A stretch of DNA of 58,911 bases from Candidatus Xenobia bacterium (lineage in GTDB: Bacteria > Vulcanimicrobiota > Xenobia > Xenobiales > QWHO01). Position numbers and translations under genes: made by a program. The notes under the pieces are model-generated. The model searched no databases, had not been told where the DNA came from, and worked only from the letters and a program-made list of their open reading frames with translations. The DNA is taken from positions 1-58,911 of the forward strand of contig BTUM01000005.1 of assembly GCA_045863235.1 (NCBI GenBank), read 5' to 3'. Positions 30,773 through 40,681 of this stretch are shown here, piece after piece (position 1 is the stretch's first letter; the number at the start of each line of letters is the position of its first letter).

Positions 30773-31816
30773 CTACGTCAGCTTGCCGCCCGGACGAAGA
30801 CCCGACAGAAAGTCCCCCACCGGCAGGCAGAGCACGTCCTGGACTCGCTGCCGATCTTGCCCGCCGTAGAGGAGGAGAGCTTCAGCCTCGGGGTAGTCTT
30901 GTCGAAAGGCCCTGAGCCCGGAGAGATCGGACGGATGCACGGCCCGGCCTTGCTTCACCTCGATGGCCCAGAAGCCGGAAGGACCGTACAGGACGAAGTC
31001 TACCTCGTTGCCCGCGCGGGTGCGCCAGAAACTGAGACTCGACTCGCCGCCGCTGAGGTCGTTCCAGGCCCGCAGGTGCTGGGCCACCAATCCCTCGAGG
31101 GCGGCGCCCCCCAATTCTTGCTCTGAGTCGAGTGGTCCGCGGGGCCGCAGACTCTGAAACACTCCCGCATCGAACCAGTAGAACTTGGAGTGCGAAACCA
31201 GCTGGCGCCTGGCCCGGCGCGTGAAAACGCCGAGACGGAATGAGAGCAGAAGGTCCTCGACCACCTGCAAGTAACCCTCGACGGTCGTCCGGCTGACCTC
31301 GCACTCACGGGCCACCTCAGACAGGTTGAGCAGGCTCGCGTGGGAGAGGCTGATGGCCTCGAGAAATCGTGCAAACCCACCCAGATTGCGGACCAGACCT
31401 TCTTGCTGCACCTCCTCGCGCAGATAGAGCGAGGCGTAGCCACGAAGCACCTCACGCGGGTCAGGAGCGTCCACCACCAGGGGAAGGAGCCCCTGGCGCA
31501 GAGCCGTGCTCAGCTCAAAGCTGGCGCCCAGCTCAGCCGCCATGAACGGATGCATGGAACGCAGGGCGGCGCGGCCGGCCAGCAGGTCGACCCCGCTTCT
31601 CTTGAGCTTGCGGGCGCTCGACCCGGTCAAGACAAAGCGGGTGCCAGTCTTCTCTTCGAGGATCTGGTGGACCAGGGACAGGAGCTCTGGGACCTTCTGG
31701 ACCTCGTCGATCACCACCGTCTCGGCGCCAGAATGCCCGGCCAGAATCTCCCGCAGTCGCCCTGGGCGCGCGGACAGCCGCTGAGCAAGCTCCGGATCGA
31801 GCAGGTCGAGCCACAC
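30773..31816 (-). pseudogene. N-terminally truncated AAA ATPase with C-terminal DUF4143 (AAA_14 family); Walker A region missing
   Basis: The reading frame opens at Walker B (VVIDEVQ), the conserved DUF4143 tail is present, and no in-frame extension is possible upstream. Confidence 0.5.
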
Positions 31817-31849
31817 GATTCGGAGCTTGGGTCACGAGAGAGGACGACC

Positions 31850-32290
31850 GTGGAAGGAACCCTCAATGGCTTCCCCTTTCGAGCCACTCTCGAGCCAGAC
31901 GGCCGGGGGAATCACCAGCTCACGGTCGACGAAGCCTTGCGTGAGGCTGCCGGCGCGGGTATCGCGGACACCTGGACGGTCGAGATCACGCGGGTTGGAG
32001 AGGAGCCGGAAACCAGGGTGCCGGCGGAGCTGCGCGAGGCCCTGGCCGCCGAGCCCGAAGCGCAGGCATCCTGGGCGAATACCACACCCATGGCACGCCG
32101 CGACTGGATTCTCTGGATCACCTCCGCCAGGCAACCTGAAACGCGCAGCGGGCGGGTCGCGAAAGGTTGCGACATGCTCAAATCGGGGAAGCGACGAGTT
32201 TGCTGCTTTGGTGGTCTGAGCTGGCTGGTGAAAGAGCACCCGGCCGTCGAGACGTGGCTCCCCTTCCCGAAGGCGGTCCGCAAGAAGTGA
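31850..32290 (+). CDS. DUF1905 + YdeI/OmpD-associated (bacteriocin-protection) family protein
   Basis: GTG 31850 has a GAGAGGA RBS. The product 'MEGTLNGFPFRATLEPDG…' is DUF1905-like and '…ARRDWILWITSARQPETRSGRVAKGCDMLKSGKR' is YdeI-like. Confidence 0.65.
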   Translation: MEGTLNGFPFRATLEPDGRGNHQLTVDEALREAAGAGIADTWTVEITRVGEEPETRVPAELREALAAEPEAQASWANTTPMARRDWILWITSARQPETRSGRVAKGCDMLKSGKRRVCCFGGLSWLVKEHPAVETWLPFPKAVRKK

Positions 32291-32403
32291 TGTTCCCCCT
32301 GCGAGCCAGGCTTCAATGAGCTGAACGAAGGTCGGGGCGTCGACTGGGCAGCGGCTGCCGTCGCAGAGGGATTGTTTGCGAGCTAACAGAACCCTGACCA
32401 TGC

Positions 32404-33621
32404 ATGATCGACACCAGGTTCACGACTCGGTCAGTAGATCTCTCCACCCGCGCCTCGGCCAGCGCTCCCGTGACCACGGTCCCCGACGACCCGTTCGAGC
32501 AGTTCACCCCAGGCCGGGTCGAGCCCGGGTCGGTGAAGGCCGCTCCGGTGGTGACGACCGCCGAGCAGGTGCCCTTGTCGCAGCCCGTCCCTGGCCCCTT
32601 CGGACCTCTGCCGATCGAGAGCCGCGTGCCCCTTTTACTCTCTCCCGTGGCCACCGCCCTGGGCAAGCATTGGGACTTCCTTTACTCGCGCGTGGACCCG
32701 GCTCGTCCCACCCCCGACCCCAACAAAGTCTGGTGTGACCGTCAGCGCGAGGCGACCTCGGCAGGCATCGATCACGCCCTGGCCCGCCTGCGCGAGAAGG
32801 GCCACGAGAAAGGCACCGGCAAGGTCGCCGTCCTGGGCGGAGGCTACGAGGTCAACCTGGCGCCGCTGCTCGAAGAGTTCGCCGAAGTCCACGTGGTCGA
32901 TCTGTCCGACAAGCCATTCCCGGTGGTCGAGCGCCAGAACGCCAACGACCCCAACCGCGACCGCCTCAAGTTCATCCAGACCGACCTCTCGGGGATCGAT
33001 CCGATCTACCAGGGAATCGAGATCGAGCGCCTCCACGGCGAACGGGCCTCCGGCCGCACGAGCAGCGTGGACGGTCTGAAGGCCTACTTCGGGAACTTGC
33101 CTGAGATGGTGCCCTCGAGTCTAGAGACGGCCGGCTATACCATGGTCGTCGCTCCCGTGCTGACCGAGGGTATGCCCTACGGGGCTCTCATCACCGATAT
33201 CGAAGCCCGCCGCGACCAGGCCAACCTGGAGTCGGGCATCGACGACAGCCAGAATCGCCGCTCCACCTGGAAGCACGTCAGTGGACACCTGAGCGATGAC
33301 TTCTATTTCGACCCCCAGGTGCGCCAGGGATTCGACCGGCTGTTTCTGCATCAGTCCCAGGAGATCAACCGTCTGCTCGAGCCCGGCGGGGTAGGAGTCA
33401 CCTCGTTCTGGACACGCCCGGACGAACGCCAACCGGATCTGGCTCCCTCGGAGAGCGGCCCGCTCTTCCGTCTCGGCGACAACACGGTGACGGGGGCGAC
33501 CTTCGAGGGGTTCTTCCAGCCCTTCCGTCACGAGAAGATCGGTGAGGCCAAGATTTATGGACCGGATGCCAGGCCCACCGTGCACGTTTACAGCCTGGAG
33601 AAGCCCGGCTCTCAGGTCTGA
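32404..33621 (+). CDS. Hypothetical protein with Rossmann-like (SAM-methyltransferase-like) core
   Basis: 'KVAVLGGGYEVNLAPLLEEFAEVHVVDLSD' resembles methyltransferase motifs I and post-I. The N-terminal 90 aa are Pro/Val-rich and low complexity. Confidence 0.4.
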   Translation: MIDTRFTTRSVDLSTRASASAPVTTVPDDPFEQFTPGRVEPGSVKAAPVVTTAEQVPLSQPVPGPFGPLPIESRVPLLLSPVATALGKHWDFLYSRVDPARPTPDPNKVWCDRQREATSAGIDHALARLREKGHEKGTGKVAVLGGGYEVNLAPLLEEFAEVHVVDLSDKPFPVVERQNANDPNRDRLKFIQTDLSGIDPIYQGIEIERLHGERASGRTSSVDGLKAYFGNLPEMVPSSLETAGYTMVVAPVLTEGMPYGALITDIEARRDQANLESGIDDSQNRRSTWKHVSGHLSDDFYFDPQVRQGFDRLFLHQSQEINRLLEPGGVGVTSFWTRPDERQPDLAPSESGPLFRLGDNTVTGATFEGFFQPFRHEKIGEAKIYGPDARPTVHVYSLEKPGSQV

Positions 33622-33748
33622 ACGCCCGACCCGCACGGTGGGAAGTCGTCGCCCATCTTGTCCTGAGCGCCCATGGTCTTCATGACAGCGTCAAGGCTTT
33701 TCTGTGCAACGGATAACGTTGCATAACCGGCGAACTGGCGCCAGTGGC

Positions 33749-34210
33749 TCAGCGCTTGAGCATCTCGTGGGCGACCAGGCCGAGCACACCGGTCGCGATG
33801 CCGAACCCGAAGCCCAGCAGAGCGCCCTGGACGACGGTATGAGGGAAGCCCACGGAGTGGTGGGCAACCTGCTCGTGCCCGATGACCCTGTCGGTCCGAT
33901 AGGTGGTGTAGACCGGATCTTCCCAGTAGCAACCGGGCTGATAGATCGTCATGTCTCCCACCTGCATGGGGATCGTGCAATGGGAGTTCCAACTGGTGCC
34001 GGTCTGGACCCGGTAGGTCTCGAAGATGGGCTGCTGGCTGTAGGTGACGACGTCCTGTCCCTGGCGGACGGCTCCGACGGCGGCGCCAACGCCCGTGGTC
34101 AGGGCCGCCCACCCGCCCACCAGGGCAGCCTTCTTGCCGGTCGACGCTCCCTGATAGTCCGAGCTGGAGCCGATGTGGGTGTTTATGAAGTTGCTCAGGC
34201 TGGTCAACAT
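33749..34210 (-). CDS. Glycine-zipper (2TM-like) small protein
   Basis: It has Gly-zipper stretches at both ends (ALVGGWAALTTGVGAAVGAV and GALLGFGFGIATGVLGLV). No clear RBS was found. Confidence 0.4.
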   Translation of the reverse strand: MLTSLSNFINTHIGSSSDYQGASTGKKAALVGGWAALTTGVGAAVGAVRQGQDVVTYSQQPIFETYRVQTGTSWNSHCTIPMQVGDMTIYQPGCYWEDPVYTTYRTDRVIGHEQVAHHSVGFPHTVVQGALLGFGFGIATGVLGLVAHEMLKR

Positions 34211-34374
34211 GGCCGGAGCTTAACGCAGGTGGGCCCGGGCCGGGTTAACCTGCTGTTGACAGTTGTTTCCCGGATGTTGCACAAGGCCCGGAACTTCACG
34301 AGAAGGTCCTCAGCCGCGCAGGTGAATCAGTCCGGAAGGGGAGGAATGCCCAATCGACCCTGGAAGCGCCTGAA

Positions 34375-35058
34375 ATGAAACGCAGAACAATTCTCCGAAT
34401 CGGTCTGGCGGGTCTCCTCAGCGGCTCGCTCACGAAATTCTCCGCCGCAGCAGGCACGACCGTCACCGCCGAGCAGGCTCTTCAGAAGCTCAAGGAGGGC
34501 AACCAGCGCTATATCGCCGGAATGAAGACGGGCGGGTCGGGCCGATCCGGCGAGCGACGCGATCAGGTGGCCGAGAGCCAGAGTCCCTATGCCATCATCT
34601 TGGGGTGCGCGGACTCCCGCGTCGCCCCCGAAGTGCTGTTCGACACCGGGATCGGGGATTTGTTCGTCGTCCGCGTCGCAGGCAACATCGTGAGCAATGC
34701 CAATTACGGCATCATGGGAAGCGTTGAGTTCGGGCACCTGGTGCTGGGCGCTCCGCTGATCGTCGTGCTCGGTCACTCCTCCTGTGGAGCGGTGCAAGGG
34801 GCTCTGGATACCATCGCCAAGGACGGGGAGCTTCCGGGCTCCATCGAGGGCGTCGTGGACTCCATTCGTCCCGCCGCGAGGCGCAGCAAAGGGCAGCCCG
34901 GTGATCCTCTGGTCAACGCGACTCGGGTCAACGTCCAGGAAGGCATCAAGCGCCTGCCGCGCTATTCGGAGATCCTGCAGCAGTCTTCTGCCTCGGGCAA
35001 GCTCAAGATCGTTGGCGGCATCTACGATCTCCGCTCGGGAGCGGTCGAGTTCCTCTGA
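34375..35058 (+). CDS. Beta-class carbonic anhydrase, Tat-exported
   Basis: An RRTILR twin-arginine signal is present, with Zn ligands in CADSR and HSSCGA. Confidence 0.85.
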   Translation: MKRRTILRIGLAGLLSGSLTKFSAAAGTTVTAEQALQKLKEGNQRYIAGMKTGGSGRSGERRDQVAESQSPYAIILGCADSRVAPEVLFDTGIGDLFVVRVAGNIVSNANYGIMGSVEFGHLVLGAPLIVVLGHSSCGAVQGALDTIAKDGELPGSIEGVVDSIRPAARRSKGQPGDPLVNATRVNVQEGIKRLPRYSEILQQSSASGKLKIVGGIYDLRSGAVEFL

Positions 35059-35116
35059 CGCTGGGCACGCACCTGGCCGGGAGGGGTCTGTCGGGGGAGG
35101 GCGCGAAGGCTATGGC

Positions 35117-35815
35117 ATGGGCTCACAATGGAAGGCCAAGCATCGCGAGGCAGCTGCGAATGCCAAAGGGAGGCTGTTCGGCAAGCTGTCCAAGGAGATA
35201 TCCATCGCTGCCCGCAACGGCGCCGATCCCGACACGAATGCCCGCCTGCGGTTGCTGGTAGAGCAGGCGCGCAAGGCGTCGATGCCCCGCGAGACGCTGG
35301 AGCGTGCTTTGAAGAAGGGCAGCGGGTCCGGCGAGGGAGCGAACTACGAGCACCTGACCTATGAAGGTTTTGCGCCTCACCGGGTGCCGCTCATCGTTGA
35401 GGCCCTGACCGACAACATCAACCGCACCGGTCCGGAAATGCGCGTTCTGTTTCGCAAAGGCCAGCTGTGCGCCTCGGGCTCGGTGGCCTGGGAGTTCGAC
35501 TACCTGGGCATGATCGAGGCCACGCCGCAGGCGAGCGATACCGACCCCGAGGTGGCCGCCATCGAGGCGGGCGCCCAGGATTTCGAGCCGGGGGAAGAGG
35601 GAGCCACGCTCTTTTTCACCGACCCGACCGACCTGGACCTGGTCTGTCGGGCCCTGCCCGAGCACGGCTTCACGGTCCAGTCGGCCAGGCTCGGCTACCG
35701 ACCCAAGAACCCGGTCAAGCTAGACGAGGCTCAGCTCCAGGAGGTGGAAGCTTTCCTGAGCGCCATCGACGCCCACGACGACGTGCAGAGCATCTACGTG
35801 GCCCTGGCGGGGTAG
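35117..35815 (+). CDS. YebC/PmpR (TACO1) family transcriptional regulatory protein
   Basis: '[23 protein letters not shown]…' matches the YebC N-terminus 'MAGHSKWANIKHRK'. The upstream extension of the listed ORF is Arg/Ser-rich and low complexity. Confidence 0.8.
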   Translation: MGSQWKAKHREAAANAKGRLFGKLSKEISIAARNGADPDTNARLRLLVEQARKASMPRETLERALKKGSGSGEGANYEHLTYEGFAPHRVPLIVEALTDNINRTGPEMRVLFRKGQLCASGSVAWEFDYLGMIEATPQASDTDPEVAAIEAGAQDFEPGEEGATLFFTDPTDLDLVCRALPEHGFTVQSARLGYRPKNPVKLDEAQLQEVEAFLSAIDAHDDVQSIYVALAG

Positions 35816-36044
35816 CCTGTCCTACGTCGGGCTTCCGGCCTGCTCAGCGAGTCCGCGCTGGGAGCCCGCTCGGTGTACGGCCAAGGCCCGGTAGCGGGGA
35901 CCCGGGGCTTTCCAGAACTTTTCAGCCATCCAGGCCAGAATACGCCCAAACGGGTCTGGAGGCACAACCATTCTTACCGCATTGTCCTACCGTCTGCCGG
36001 TAGCGTCCGCTTCGCGGCCGCCTGCCGAGCGGGTGGCAGAGTTG

Positions 36045-39000
36045 ATGGACGGAAAGGGCGAGACGCACGCGCTGCAGCGCCATCTCGAGACCCTCTGTCG
36101 GGTCACGGGCAGCGCCTCGGCGGCGCGCTCGGAGATGGAGTTCCTGCTCCAGGTCGCTCCCGACGACCCCGAGGCTCACAAGCGCTACGTCGAGCTCGTC
36201 AAAGCCGGCGACGGAGTCGAGCTCGACAGCCAGCGCAAAGCCTTCCAGGCGCTCGAGCAGAAGAACGAGCCCCAGTTGCACGAGCAGTACCGGCGCTTTC
36301 TCAAGACCTGCGCTCAGCCTTCGGTGGCCTACAACGAGTTCGTCTGGATGGACCAGAGCCTGCCTGCCAGCTCCAGCCGCTCCCGCGGACTCGAGCGCTA
36401 CCGCCGGCTCATCGAGCACTCCGACGGGGTGGGCTGGGAGCAGCGTCGCGCCGCGTTCAAGAACGGGCTGCTGAGCGCCGCCACCCCCAGCGCTCCGCCC
36501 CCGCCTCCGGCCTTGAAGTCGGCTCAGGACGAGATCGCCCGCCTCACCGGCGACAGCGCCCTGGCGGCCCGCGAGCTGAGCGCCGTCATCGCCGCTCTAC
36601 CTCCCTCGGCCGAGCAGGACAAGCAGCTCAAACGCTACGTCAAACTGCTCGAGAAAGCCGACGGGGTGGAGCTTGCGAGCGTGCGGGAGGCTTTCGTCAA
36701 GCTCGAGCAGGCCAACGATCCCAAACTGCGAGAATCCTTCGACAGCCTGCTCAAAGCCTGCGGGGGCAATGCCGCCCGAGCCCTGAGCGAGTGGCGCTGG
36801 ATCGATTCACAGCAGGCCGACATGGGGCGCTACGCCAGGTTGCTCTCTCAGAGCGAGGGGGCTTCGCCCGACCAGGTTCGCAACGCCTACCTGCACCAGA
36901 CCGACGAGAAGGCCCAGCCTCCCCGCCTCAAGCGAGCTCACCAGGAGATCACCCGGCTGACCGGGGACGAGAGCCTGGCCAGCCGCGAGCTGGACGCCCT
37001 GGTGGCGGCCCTGCCCCCCAGCGCCGAGCCCGACAAGCAGCTCGACCGCTACCTCGACCTGGCCGAGAAGGCCGATGGAATGCAGCTTCCCAGCGTGCGC
37101 GAGGCCTTCGTCAAGCTCGAGCAGTCCGGTGACAAGAAAAAGCGCCAGGGTTTCGAGAAGCTGCTGGAAGCTTGCGACGCCGACGCCTCCCGCGCCCTGA
37201 GCGAGTGGAAGTGGCTCGAGACGGTCCAGGGAGACATGACCCGCTACGCCCAGTTGCTCTCCCAGAGCGGCGATGCCAGCACGGCCCAGGTTCACCAGGC
37301 CTACGTCAACCTGCAGGGCCACCAGCTCGGCAAGGGCGAGGTGCAGGACGCGCTGGCCGATGGCTCCATCCTGGGCCTGCGCAAGCTGGGCCTCAACCGC
37401 TCGCTGGCCAGGCTCGAGGATCTGCTCGGCGACCGGGGCGCGGCCGCCCAGGAGCTCCAGTTTGCCCTCTCTCAGGTCAAGCCGGGCCAGGACCAGGGCG
37501 CCGTGATCGGCCGCTACGTGGAGTTGCTCGAGAAGGCTGACGGGGTGGGGGTCGCCAGCGTGCGCGAAGCCTTCCCCCTGACCGAGGACCCGAAGGTCTA
37601 CAGGTCGTTTTTGGCCCTGCTCGAGACCGGTCGTCAGGAGATCGCTCCCGCCCTGAGCGAGCTGAAGTGGCTGGGCCAGAATGCCGACGAGATCGATCGC
37701 TATCGGAGTCTGCTGGAGGTGGCCGGCGAGCGCTCCAGCGCCCTGACGGCCGCCTATCCTATCCTCAAGAAGCTGCCCGCGGGAGCCATCGAGCAGTTGC
37801 GCCCCTTATTGAACCAGGGTCTGCGCGTGGACGAGGCGGCTCGCGACCTGGAGACCCTCTACGCCCATCTCCCGGCCGGCGAGGATCCCGCTCCCGTACT
37901 GAAGACTCTCGAGCGACTGCGGGCCGAGGCGGGTCCTGATCAACACCAGGGGGTCCGAGCGGCTCTGACTCGCCTGCTGAAGGCCCCGGCCGCCGAGCGC
38001 AAGACCCAGGAGAAGAACTACCAGCTTCTGCTCGAGGTGGAGGGAGATCCCACCCTGGCCCTGCAGGACCTGGAGTGGCTGGTGGCCGACAAGCGCGGCG
38101 ATCTGACCCAGCGCACCCGGTCTTACACCAACCTGCTGGCCGAGAGCACCAATTCCCAGCGTGAGCCGATCCGCCAGGCCTTGCAAGAGCTGGCGACCAC
38201 CCCCGGTCCACCTCCGCGCACCGGCCTGTGGACCCGAATCTGGGGCAGCACCTCACGCGAGGAGGCTTTCGAGAAGCTTTACCGGATGCAGGACGGCAAC
38301 GCGGCCCAGGCGATGAAAGACCTCAAAGCCATCGAGTTCCACCTCGACCCCAACGAAGACCTCAAAAGCGCTCTCAAAGAGTTCGAGAAGCTGCTCGAGC
38401 AGACCGGCGAGCCCACTCGAACCCGGCAGGCCTTCGAGGCCATTCGGGGTCGTCCGCCCGAGGAGCGCAAGGAGTTCAAAAAGGAGCTGTTCGCTCTCAC
38501 CGCCGAGCTCGGCGAGCTCGAGCTGGCCCGGCGTTCGCTGCAGGTGGTGCGCGGCTCCAAGAAGGCCGAGGAGCGCCAGAAGCGGATGGAGGCCCTGATG
38601 GGCTGGGTTCAGAGCGAGAAGTCGGCCCCCGCCGGCGTGGCCATGCTGGAGGCCTCGGCCAACCTGATGATCAACAGCCAGGGCATCGGGGCGGCCAGCG
38701 CTCAGGTGACGGCCATGCGCAAGAAGGGCGTGGCTCCCGAGCTTCTGAACACGCTGACTTACGCCGCCGCCCGTTGCTCGCGCATGCCGGGCAGCCCCTA
38801 TCCCACCCCGGACGAGACGCTCTCGCACTATGTGGAGCTGTTCGGCCACGCGCGCAGCGCCAGCGAGGTGAGCGCCATCGAGAAGATCCTGGACGCCCCC
38901 GGGGCCGGCACGGCTCACGACCGTTCGCAGGTGGTGGCCGGCATCCTCAAGGGCCTTTCCCGGGTGGAGGGCTGTCGCGAAGAGCTGGCCTACCTGGGCC

Positions 39001-39341
39001 AGGCCCTCCAGCCGGACGAGTTCCTCTCGGCCGGCAAGGCCTATGCCCACCTCTTCGCCACTATGGGCGCGCACGGGATGGGGGTCGGCGGAGCGCGCAG
39101 GGAGCTGGAATGGGCCCGCGAGTTCAAGCGTACGAAAGTGCCCGCGGCCGATCTCTCCACCATTCTGACCCGGCTCACCTCCAAGATCCTGATCGGGAGC
39201 CCCATCGACAAGGCACGCGCCATGGTGGAGGAAGAGATGAGCGGCGGCCAGATCATCGGCGAGAAGGACGAGTGGGTCATCATCGGCGGCACGCGCGTGC
39301 GACGCGCGCGCGGAGAGGGGGCTCAGAGTGGAGCTGCGTGA
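36045..39341 (+). CDS. Giant alpha-helical repeat protein (at least four ~120-aa internal repeats) ending in the shared C-terminal motif (…EWVIIGGTRVRRARGEGAQSGAA)
   Basis: The long ORF has no recognisable domain. The start is uncertain: TTG 35982 or ATG 36045. Confidence 0.65.
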   Translation: MDGKGETHALQRHLETLCRVTGSASAARSEMEFLLQVAPDDPEAHKRYVELVKAGDGVELDSQRKAFQALEQKNEPQLHEQYRRFLKTCAQPSVAYNEFVWMDQSLPASSSRSRGLERYRRLIEHSDGVGWEQRRAAFKNGLLSAATPSAPPPPPALKSAQDEIARLTGDSALAARELSAVIAALPPSAEQDKQLKRYVKLLEKADGVELASVREAFVKLEQANDPKLRESFDSLLKACGGNAARALSEWRWIDSQQADMGRYARLLSQSEGASPDQVRNAYLHQTDEKAQPPRLKRAHQEITRLTGDESLASRELDALVAALPPSAEPDKQLDRYLDLAEKADGMQLPSVREAFVKLEQSGDKKKRQGFEKLLEACDADASRALSEWKWLETVQGDMTRYAQLLSQSGDASTAQVHQAYVNLQGHQLGKGEVQDALADGSILGLRKLGLNRSLARLEDLLGDRGAAAQELQFALSQVKPGQDQGAVIGRYVELLEKADGVGVASVREAFPLTEDPKVYRSFLALLETGRQEIAPALSELKWLGQNADEIDRYRSLLEVAGERSSALTAAYPILKKLPAGAIEQLRPLLNQGLRVDEAARDLETLYAHLPAGEDPAPVLKTLERLRAEAGPDQHQGVRAALTRLLKAPAAERKTQEKNYQLLLEVEGDPTLALQDLEWLVADKRGDLTQRTRSYTNLLAESTNSQREPIRQALQELATTPGPPPRTGLWTRIWGSTSREEAFEKLYRMQDGNAAQAMKDLKAIEFHLDPNEDLKSALKEFEKLLEQTGEPTRTRQAFEAIRGRPPEERKEFKKELFALTAELGELELARRSLQVVRGSKKAEERQKRMEALMGWVQSEKSAPAGVAMLEASANLMINSQGIGAASAQVTAMRKKGVAPELLNTLTYAAARCSRMPGSPYPTPDETLSHYVELFGHARSASEVSAIEKILDAPGAGTAHDRSQVVAGILKGLSRVEGCREELAYLGQALQPDEFLSAGKAYAHLFATMGAHGMGVGGARRELEWAREFKRTKVPAADLSTILTRLTSKILIGSPIDKARAMVEEEMSGGQIIGEKDEWVIIGGTRVRRARGEGAQSGAA

Positions 39342-39762
39342 CAGCCGCCTGCCCTATCAGCAGCGAGCCCTCGAGCGCCGCCTGGCGGTGGCTCCGCGGG
39401 TGGTGCTGTCCACCGCCGATACTTACGTCAGCGCCGCATCGCTCTCGACCTCCGGGGTACTGCCTTTGCCGGGCGAGCTGTGGCGGCCCACTGCCGAGGT
39501 GGCCCACGGGCCGCTCCGCCTTGCCTCGGGGGCACTGGCCCTGGCGCACGGCATCTCAGGTGTGCAGACTTTGATGAACGCGCCTTACCGCGAGGACACG
39601 CGCTCTCGCAACCTGCGTCGGCTCCAGGGAATCGCCGACCTGGTGGCAGCGGCGGGTCTGGCCGGACAGGCCTTCGGATTGGGTCCGTGGACGGCCGCTC
39701 TGGCCGTGGCCGGAAGTTTGACTGCAACCACAACCAGCTGTCTAAGGAGGACAGGGTCATGA
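39328..39762 (+). CDS. Glycine-zipper small membrane protein, paralog 1 of 3
   Basis: GTG follows a GGAGAGGGGG RBS and overlaps the end of the giant protein. The 'AGQAFGLGPW' motif is shared with the next two genes. Confidence 0.6.
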   Translation: MELRDSRLPYQQRALERRLAVAPRVVLSTADTYVSAASLSTSGVLPLPGELWRPTAEVAHGPLRLASGALALAHGISGVQTLMNAPYREDTRSRNLRRLQGIADLVAAAGLAGQAFGLGPWTAALAVAGSLTATTTSCLRRTGS

Positions 39763-40142
39763 TCACCACGTTAAGCAACATCCCGTACAGCCAACGCAAG
39801 CGCGAGGCGGCTGCGAAAGCGGTGCCAAGACTGGCCATCAACGCCGTGGACGGCTATGTGGCCGCCGCTACGTTGCAGGGCTTTGGCGGCCAGGCGGCTG
39901 CGGGCACTTTCAGCGTGCTCTCGGGGGGGCTGGCGGCCTTCCACGTCGGCTCGGGCATCCGCTTCATGATGAAGGCGAGCGACTCGCGCGACGAGGTCGA
40001 TAAGAAGCGGTTGCAGACCATGGCCATCGGCGAGGTGCTGACCGGAGTCGGCTTTGCCGGGATGGCCTTCGGACTCGGCCTGTGGGCGATTCCCGTGGTC
40101 GCCCTGGGCGAGATCACCACCAACTTTGCCCGGTTCACGTAA
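39759..40142 (+). CDS. Glycine-zipper small membrane protein, paralog 2 of 3
   Basis: An AAGGAGG RBS sits 8 nt upstream. The start and stop overlap as ATGA with paralog 1. The 'AGMAFGLGLWAIP' motif is present. Confidence 0.7.
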   Translation: MITTLSNIPYSQRKREAAAKAVPRLAINAVDGYVAAATLQGFGGQAAAGTFSVLSGGLAAFHVGSGIRFMMKASDSRDEVDKKRLQTMAIGEVLTGVGFAGMAFGLGLWAIPVVALGEITTNFARFT

Positions 40143-40152
40143 GGAGGAAGCC

Positions 40153-40572
40153 ATGCAGGTATCCGCAGCTCAGATTCCAACCTCTGTCTATCACGCCCCC
40201 ACCAGCTCGGCCGGCACCTACGCCGACCAGAAGCGGGGCAACCGCTACCAGTCGGCCGGCAAGCTGGCCCTGGGCGCGGCCGACCTCTACATCGCGGGAG
40301 CCACCGCCTTTGCCAACACCGGCACCCTGGGAGAGATCATGCCCTGGATGAGCGGTGCCGCGGCGGTCTATCACGGGATCAAGGGCATCAGCCAGGTGTA
40401 TGCCGAGTATGGCGAGCGCACTCCTCAGGAATACGCCACCGGCACCGGCAACTTCATCATGGCTGCAGGCTTCGGGGCGCTGGCCTTCGGGCTCGGTCCC
40501 TGGGCTCTACCCATCATCGCCATCGGCCAGGCGGCGGTGCTGGCAGGCGACCACTACGGAGGCAAGCGCTGA
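40153..40572 (+). CDS. Glycine-zipper small membrane protein, paralog 3 of 3
   Basis: An AAGGAGG RBS sits 5 nt upstream. The 'GALAFGLGPWALPIIAIG' motif is present and the protein ends '…HYGGKR'. Confidence 0.7.
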   Translation: MQVSAAQIPTSVYHAPTSSAGTYADQKRGNRYQSAGKLALGAADLYIAGATAFANTGTLGEIMPWMSGAAAVYHGIKGISQVYAEYGERTPQEYATGTGNFIMAAGFGALAFGLGPWALPIIAIGQAAVLAGDHYGGKR

Positions 40573-40681
40573 CACTGGTCGATTGGCGCGTGAACCCGTG
40601 AAAGACGGTGGCGACCAATGTGTTGAGCGTTACGTGCTGAAATCTCCCGATTGCTCAGCCACGAGGTTCGCCTGAGGGAGC

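Noticed and set aside
34784-35116. N-terminal extension of YebC (listed ORF starts at 34784)
   Set aside because: The extension overlaps the 3' end of the carbonic anhydrase gene in another frame and is Ser/Arg-rich. The YebC homology begins at Met 35117.
39480-39758. Upstream part of listed ORF 39480..40142
   Set aside because: It lies in another frame within paralog 1. A strong AAGGAGG RBS and ATGA coupling support the start at 39759.
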